A model generated the notes under the pieces. It had not been told where the DNA came from. It searched no databases and saw only the letters and a program-made list of their open reading frames with translations. From Amoebophrya sp. A120 (Eukaryota; Protista; Dinoflagellata), in contig CAJINV010000002.1 in NCBI GenBank assembly GCA_905178155.1, positions 1,463,809 to 1,527,808 on the forward strand: a DNA stretch of 64,000 nt. Direction: 5' to 3'. Positions 57,999 through 64,000 of this stretch are shown here, piece after piece (the first letter of the stretch is position 1; each line of letters opens with the position of its first letter). A program made the translations under genes and the position numbers.

Positions 57999-60481
57999 TT
58001 TCGAAATTTTTGTGAAAGGGTTGGGGTCGTGTGGTATCGTGCTTGTTATAGAAGTTGATCTTTCTAGTAAGAACTTTGCTGGGGAAAAAAGGTAAAAAAG
58101 AAAAAGGTTGTTTTTCAGTCAATTCGGTAGAGGTTCTAATATCTCCGCTCAACTAGAAACGGGAGCTATCGCTATACGTATCGGTATTCACAATATGCTA
58201 AATATGCTGTGATACGTGCGCGTGCCTCTACAACAATATGTAACTTTGCGTACTGCGTCGGCCTGGAGCACAACAAGGAAAAATGAAAAGCAGTTGCGAT
58301 CTTTAAAAAAAAGGCACAGAAAGAACATGTCGGAACTGGAGGTCTTGGTATTCTGGAGGTTTTCATGATCAACAAAAGGAAAGTCATATCAGAACATGTT
58401 GCTGAACTGGAGAGAGATCACTACGGTTCGCATAATAATTCTGATGGCAAATATTATCTTCCAGGAGAAGGAGAAGCGTGTATGCGTCAGATGCAAGAAT
58501 CCCTTCAGAGGTCTTGAGTAGGTGAGAAAGCACTCCATGCAGAGAAGTAAAAAAAGTAGTTCAAGTAAGTAGCCAGTAAAAGCGGTTCACAATGACGAAC
58601 ATACAGGAACATCTTTGCCCGGACCTCAGCTGGTTTTCCCGCTTTCCTTTGGAAAGCCATGAGAAACGAAAATATATAATGCCGCCCGCAGCGGAGCAAC
58701 GGGCCACAGCCCGCAGAGAGAAACAGTTCAGAGGCGGCGCAGCCTTGCCGCGCCAACCCGCCCTTCTTTCGGCGCGGCCTCCAGACTGGCCGGGCGGTCG
58801 GACAGGCCCCGCACGCGGCGGGGGGCCTGGCGGTGTGCAATGATCCCCGGGAGCCGACACGGGCACAAATGGGGCCGCGGACAAAAGGGCCGGGGCGGGT
58901 GCCCTCACCAGTCTGGCCAGGCGAAAAGACGAAGGCGGGCTCGGAAGCCCGCGCGCGCGCGCGCCGGAAGCAAACGGCCGGCCGCGCGGCCGCGAGCGGC
59001 GCGCCAAGGGCTCGCCTGGTTTCAAACGGGCCACGCAAGGGCCCGGCTTTTTCGACCTTCTGGCACGGCATCCGCCTCGGGGAGATTGGCGCGCTTCGGT
59101 TGTCTTGTGGGGTCTTGCGCCGGCGCTGCCGCTCCTTCCGGGTAATAGGCATTTTTTAAACAAAGCGCCAGCGTTATCGGGCCCTACATGCCCCGTTTTC
59201 CAGAACTACATCAAGCGAATTTACAGGCACTTGCGCTATCGGGCCCTACGCCGTTTCCCAAAACATTACTCGAATTTGAAGGCGCTTGCGTTATCGCCTC
59301 CTACACTGTTTTCTAAAACATCAAAGAACTTTAATGAGGAAAAGGCAGCGACGATTCGTCCTGTCACAGATGTACTCAAACCGACCTTCGCTCCAACGCT
59401 TCATGCCTGTGCGACCTCAACCTAGCAGTACCCAACTCCAAATCGCTGTGAAAGACAAGACTAGCCGCTCAACTTGAAATCAACGACTCGACATAGCTTG
59501 AAACTTCACGAGAGGTCCAAAACATGAACAAACTTTTTCAGCGGAGGGGCAATTATCCGAAATAGCAAACGCCCTGCCCAGAGACACAGAATTCAAGCGC
59601 GCCCTTAATGCGGCAATACGGCTGCACGATCGCAAGCACGAGCGAGGGGCCTCGCCAGGACCCCCGCAAGGTCGCAGCAGACGCAACACCCGCACAACAA
59701 GGGCCCGGCGCGAGTGCGCGACCGAAGCAAACGACAGCCGGAGCCCCTAACGGGGCGCGGCCCTTGCAAAGAAAGCAGCGAAGCAGCAGGCCCCGGCCAG
59801 ATTGGCCGGCCGGGAGATGTGGCGCGACCAGCCCCGCGGCCTGCGAGCACCAGGCCAGGCAATCGCCTACCTGACGCAAGTCACGGCCCCCGAGCGCGTG
59901 CGCGTCCGGGGATATTAAGCACATTACTGCCCCGCAGGGCCCCCCTGGGCTTCGCCGCCCTTCTTGTATAGCTAGCCGGCGCAGGGTTCGGCGCTTCGGG
60001 ACGGGAAACTTGTGCCAGCTGAACGCCGCTGCTCTGGTCCGGGGCGGGGGCCCACGCCGGAAGAAAAGCAGTATCGGGTGATTGGCGTGCTCAAGGTCAA
60101 GGGGCCGCGCGCCCTGCGATCGCGGCCCGCGCAGAGGGACGGCCATGTTCCGCAACGGCAAAGCGCCACTGCTGGCCTTCCGGAGCAAAGCGCCGGCGCG
60201 CTGGCCGCTGCGCGCGGGCTCTCTCTTTCTTGTATTTCGTTCTCCTGTTAGTGTTGCTTTTTTCTCCCCAAGTACTGTTTCAACCACTCCCGGACTGACT
60301 TTCACTTTCTCGCTCTCCCCTCCCATCCTTCGCAAATTAAAACGAGCAGTCCAGCAATCAATATGAACAAGAGCGAATAAAGGTCTTCAACGAGAAACGG
60401 ATCGCGCAGATCGCTTCTGCGCCTTCTCCGAAAATAGTGCGCCAGAATGTCAATGCTTTTTCCCTCGAGGTCATAAAGGCC

Positions 60482-60900
60482 TCACGTCATTACCAGTTTC
60501 CTCTTCAACAGAGTCAGCAACGGCACCAGCGCCGGCAAAACCACGGGCAAATACACCGCAGTCGTGAATTCCAAGCTGAAATACAGCTGCGGAACCATCT
60601 TTTCATCATGAACCGCTTCATCGAGCAGAAACAAAATTTGCCGAAGCAGTTGCAGTTCCTCGGACCAAGAACTGCTAGTGACATCAAACGGACTTGTTCT
60701 ACTTGTGCTGTAGTTCATCTTCCCATCATGTTCTCTCCTCCCCGATGTTGTTGTAATTCTTCGCGCCAACAACAACTCCATCTTCTTCCCCGCCAAAACC
60801 AGTTTCTGCATCACGTCCTCCGGAAGAACATTGCTGAACTCGTTCGCATTTTTCACTTGCTCCTGAATCCGCTGCACGTAAATTTCCCTGCAAGCCCTGG
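60482..60900 (-). CDS. PIGS: Last exon of GPI transamidase subunit PIG-S/Gpi17 (5' exons lie beyond the window)
   Basis: AVHDEKMVPQLYFSLEFTTAVYLPVVLPALVPLL matches the PIG-S C-terminal pattern (D..L.YF......Y.P..LP..P.L). Confidence 0.75.
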
Positions 60901-60964
60901 TATCAAATGTAAAAATGTCTGGGTCTGGAAGAATGCAAGTTTGTCATGCTTGTCTGGCATGACT
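60901..60964. mobile_element. Left end of a family A introner, interrupted by a nested element; right TIR not in window
   Basis: tatcaaatgtaaaaatgtctgggtctggaag directly abuts the PIG-S exon. tgtcatgca-rich introner-like sequence resumes at ~63070-63120. Confidence 0.85.
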
Positions 60965-63068
60965 TTTTATAACTCGAAACCGTCGGAGACAACAACGGGC
61001 CGAACTAGCGAACGTAGGTCGCCAGGCCGCGAATACCTGACAACCCATTCCCTTACCCCGCGGGATAAAGGTTTTGCCTCGACAACAGTAACGAGAAATA
61101 AAAGGGAGGGAAGGGCGGGAAAAAATTTCACTTGAGATTTGAACTGATTTGCTTTGGGTCGAGTTTTAGGTCTTCCCGGGACCACAACAACACTGACCGG
61201 TAGGGAGCGGGGTGTCTCTTTATAAAAATCCGCTTTGTGTTCCCGCGTCGGCTACCCGGGCCGCTTCGCTAGTCCCGTGCTGCCTCCTTATCACACAAGC
61301 CATAACTTTTATAACTCGAAACCGTCGGAGACAACAACGGGCCGAACTAGCGAACGTAGGTCGCCAGACCGCGAATACCTGACAACCCCGATGACGGAGA
61401 AAGAGAGGCCCGTTGGTACGAGGGGGCGCAGACCCAGAAGTACAAAAAAAGAAAAAAAGAGAAGAAGGTGAAGAGAAAGCAAAATGCAACGCACCAGCTT
61501 CAGCTTGTTCCCAAAACACTCAACTGCCGAAAGCAAAAACGAATCGGGAGCCCAGGGCCCGACTCTTTGTTGTGACTGTGGACCCACTCGGACGTCGCGC
61601 CGTCAAGTGTGATCCCGCACCCCATGCCGCAGCACCGAGTGAGGGACCTCAGACACGAGACGGCTAACCAGCAAGTGTGGTCACGCTCGCCCATGCCGCA
61701 GCACGGGACAACGGACCTGAGACACAAGATGGCGCGACGACGTCTGGAGGGCCGAAGTAGTCTGAAAGTGAAGCAAAGTAGCTGCTTCAAGGCAAAAGAA
61801 GACACAACAACCCGCGAGCAATTATGTGCTAGAATCTTCCGACGATGCGGCGTCATCGCTGACAAAATCCGCAACGTCCGTAGCTTGCGTAAGTAGTCGG
61901 TCGAGACACAGGCCCCGCCAACGTGTTGTGTAAGTACTGCACTGAGGGATCGATGAAATCATCAATGAAACTCTAACTCACATGAGAAGCCACGGGAAAA
62001 TGGCGAAACTAGTATGCTGGAACAACTTGTCCCGGAGTACTTGGCAAAAGTTGAGAAATTGTACTGGTGCAAGGACCGGCCCCAAAGGTACAGTCTGCGA
62101 AACCCCCGCCCTGGAAGGACTTATCGCGCATGGAGCTGCGCTAACGTTGCAACTGTGAAAGGCACTGCTCTTAATCAGAATGATTCACACTAGAAACAGG
62201 CTGAAAGGGGGCGGGGCAGCAGGCTGCGTAGAGAAACTTGACGCGTGAAGTTTGCAACTACGTGGTCGCGCCAAGCAATCGACCACGACCTTTGTGAACG
62301 TAAGTGAAGCTATGAGGGGGAGAATAATTGACAACCTTGTCGCTGGTACTGTTGAAGTTTTTGGGTTTGTAGCTGGATTTTAGGGCGCAGGCGTACTCTT
62401 GAAACTTGACTCAGCGTGGATTTCTGCGCCGCAGGGCGCGCTCGCGGAGACAGTTGCAGTTTAAAGGGACTTGCGGCAGCTGGTCGCACACACAGGCGCA
62501 CATTTGAAACCTGCCTCAGATTGGAGTGCTGCGCCGCAGGGCGCGCTCGCAGAGAAATTGCAATTTGATGAGACTTGTGGCAGCAGGCCAAACGCGCAGG
62601 CGCACACTTGAAACTTGACTCAGATTGGAGCGCTGCGCCGCAGGGCGCGCTCGCGGAGACAATTGCAATTTTATGAGACTTGTGGCAACAGGCCAAAAAA
62701 AGAATTGGAGTGCTGCGCCGCAGGGCTCGCTCGCAGAGAAATTGCAATTTGATGAGACTTGTGGCAGCAGGCCAAACGCGCAGGCGTACACTTGAAACTT
62801 GACTCAGATTGGAGTGCTGCGCCGCAGGGCGCGCTCGCGGAGACAATTGTAATTTTATGAGATTTGTGGCAACAGGCCAAAAAAAAATTTCACTTGAGAT
62901 TTGAACTGATTTGCTTTGGGTCGAGTTTTAGGTCTTCCCGGGACCACAACAACACTGACCGGTAGGGAGCGGGGTGTCTCTTTATAAAAATCCGCTTTGT
63001 GTTCCCGCGTCGGCTACCCGGGCCGCTTCGCTAGTCCCGTGCTGCCTCCTTATCACACAAGCCATAAC
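60965..63068 (-). mobile_element. Non-coding element with split direct repeats (PAT/Ngaro/TOC1-like tyrosine-recombinase retroelement layout)
   Basis: An 82-bp repeat at 60965-61046 matches 61307-61388 (1 mismatch). A 187-bp repeat at 61120-61306 matches 62882-63068. The two inner copies are directly adjacent and no TSD is seen. Confidence 0.7.
62385..62880. repeat. Tandem array of five 80-105-bp units inside the split-repeat element
   Basis: gcgccgcagggc occurs at 62426, 62531, 62635, 62715 and 62819, with a higher-order period of 184 bp. Confidence 0.9.
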
Positions 63069-64000
63069 CTTAAATCTGTCATGCACATTACCAAAGAGCC
63101 CCACTTTTCTGTCATGCAGAGTACTACGTTGAAATAGAGGACACAGACAAAAATTTGAAATTTTGCTACTACGAGTTGACCAGTCGCGTAGCCGAGATTT
63201 AGGCTTTAGGATTTCGGAAGCGGGTAGCCACCGGAGATTTTGCCGCGGGTGGAAGCAGGAAGTTCTGGACGCGGAAAACCGGGACTACTTCGAGCCGAAC
63301 CTCGACGCTCAACGGGGCCTGGGGCCTCGGGCTACCGGCGTCCTGGACTGGATGCAGCGCCGCCGCTTCTTGCTTGTTCTTTTTGTTTTTAGCATGATGA
63401 ACTAGCTAAACCTGCAGGCGCATTAGCTAGCTCCCCAAAATAGAGTAGTTCAATTTTATTCACCATGGTGTGGTCAACATTTTTTGAAATAACCTTCATT
63501 CTTCTTTAGGACAAAAGGGGCTATTCCAAAAGAAGTTGGCCATACCATGGGGATGAAAAATAAATTTTTGCTCGTTTATAAATGCGTCATGAGTGCTTCA
63601 AAAGGTGCGCATTTCTCTGTCGGGGTTCGTGTCGAGTACTCTGTCGGATTGTGTCGTTTGAGTACTCGTCTTTCCTGTGTCCCTTACCGATCACGACCTA
63701 ACGGCAAATAATCGGTAAGGGACACAGGACGAACGTCCACTATGGCGAACAGGTACATGACACAAGATTTTGGCTTTTCGAATTGAGCCAGTTGATCCTC
63801 AAAGTTGTAAGTCAGAAGCTTATTGAAGTAAGTCAATAGATGAAAAACAAACTTCTTCAGCCCGTCGCGCACGCTTCGGACTATCTGAATTGGCCCCCTT
63901 AGCTGCAGGCTAAATTACTTACATTTCGGGCCCTAGAATGCTTTAGCATCTACATTTCTAGTTTTGCCAAGTATTCTTTAAAAATTTAAATGAATACGCA

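Noticed and set aside
62310-62880. ORFs with repeated ACCHKSH / RARPAAQ peptides
   Set aside because: These are translations of the tandem DNA array, open in all three frames.
60965-63068. Ordinary LTR element or TRIM
   Set aside because: No TG...CA ends or TSD, and the two repeat pairs are interleaved rather than terminal.

Overview
This is eukaryotic DNA, most consistent with a Syndiniales dinoflagellate parasite such as Amoebophrya (inferred from intron architecture, not from a database match). All 9 genes I could reconstruct lie on the minus strand, and most are separated by GC-rich non-coding islands. The dominant feature is a set of about 22 introner-like elements from about 10 apparently unrelated sequence families. 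They share one grammar: TAT...ATA ends, terminal inverted repeats (TIRs) and a 5-bp target-site duplication (TSD). All sit inside coding exons, and related copies occur in both orientations. Most cannot be excised precisely as GT-AG introns, yet removing the element plus one TSD copy restores the reading frame wherever both flanks can be read. The genes encode a ~2870-aa PPR protein, a secreted GH27-C/ricin-like protein, an Orai-like 4-TM protein, a giant low-complexity protein carrying 14 introners, TVP23, Aly/REF, the 3' end of PIG-S and two hypothetical proteins. A ~2.1-kb non-coding element with split direct repeats (PAT/Ngaro/TOC1-like layout) is nested inside an introner at 60.9-63.1 kb. 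The 4.4-kb A-rich tract at 44.7-49.1 kb is probably a sequencing artefact. Coordinates were read by eye and may be off by a base or two.
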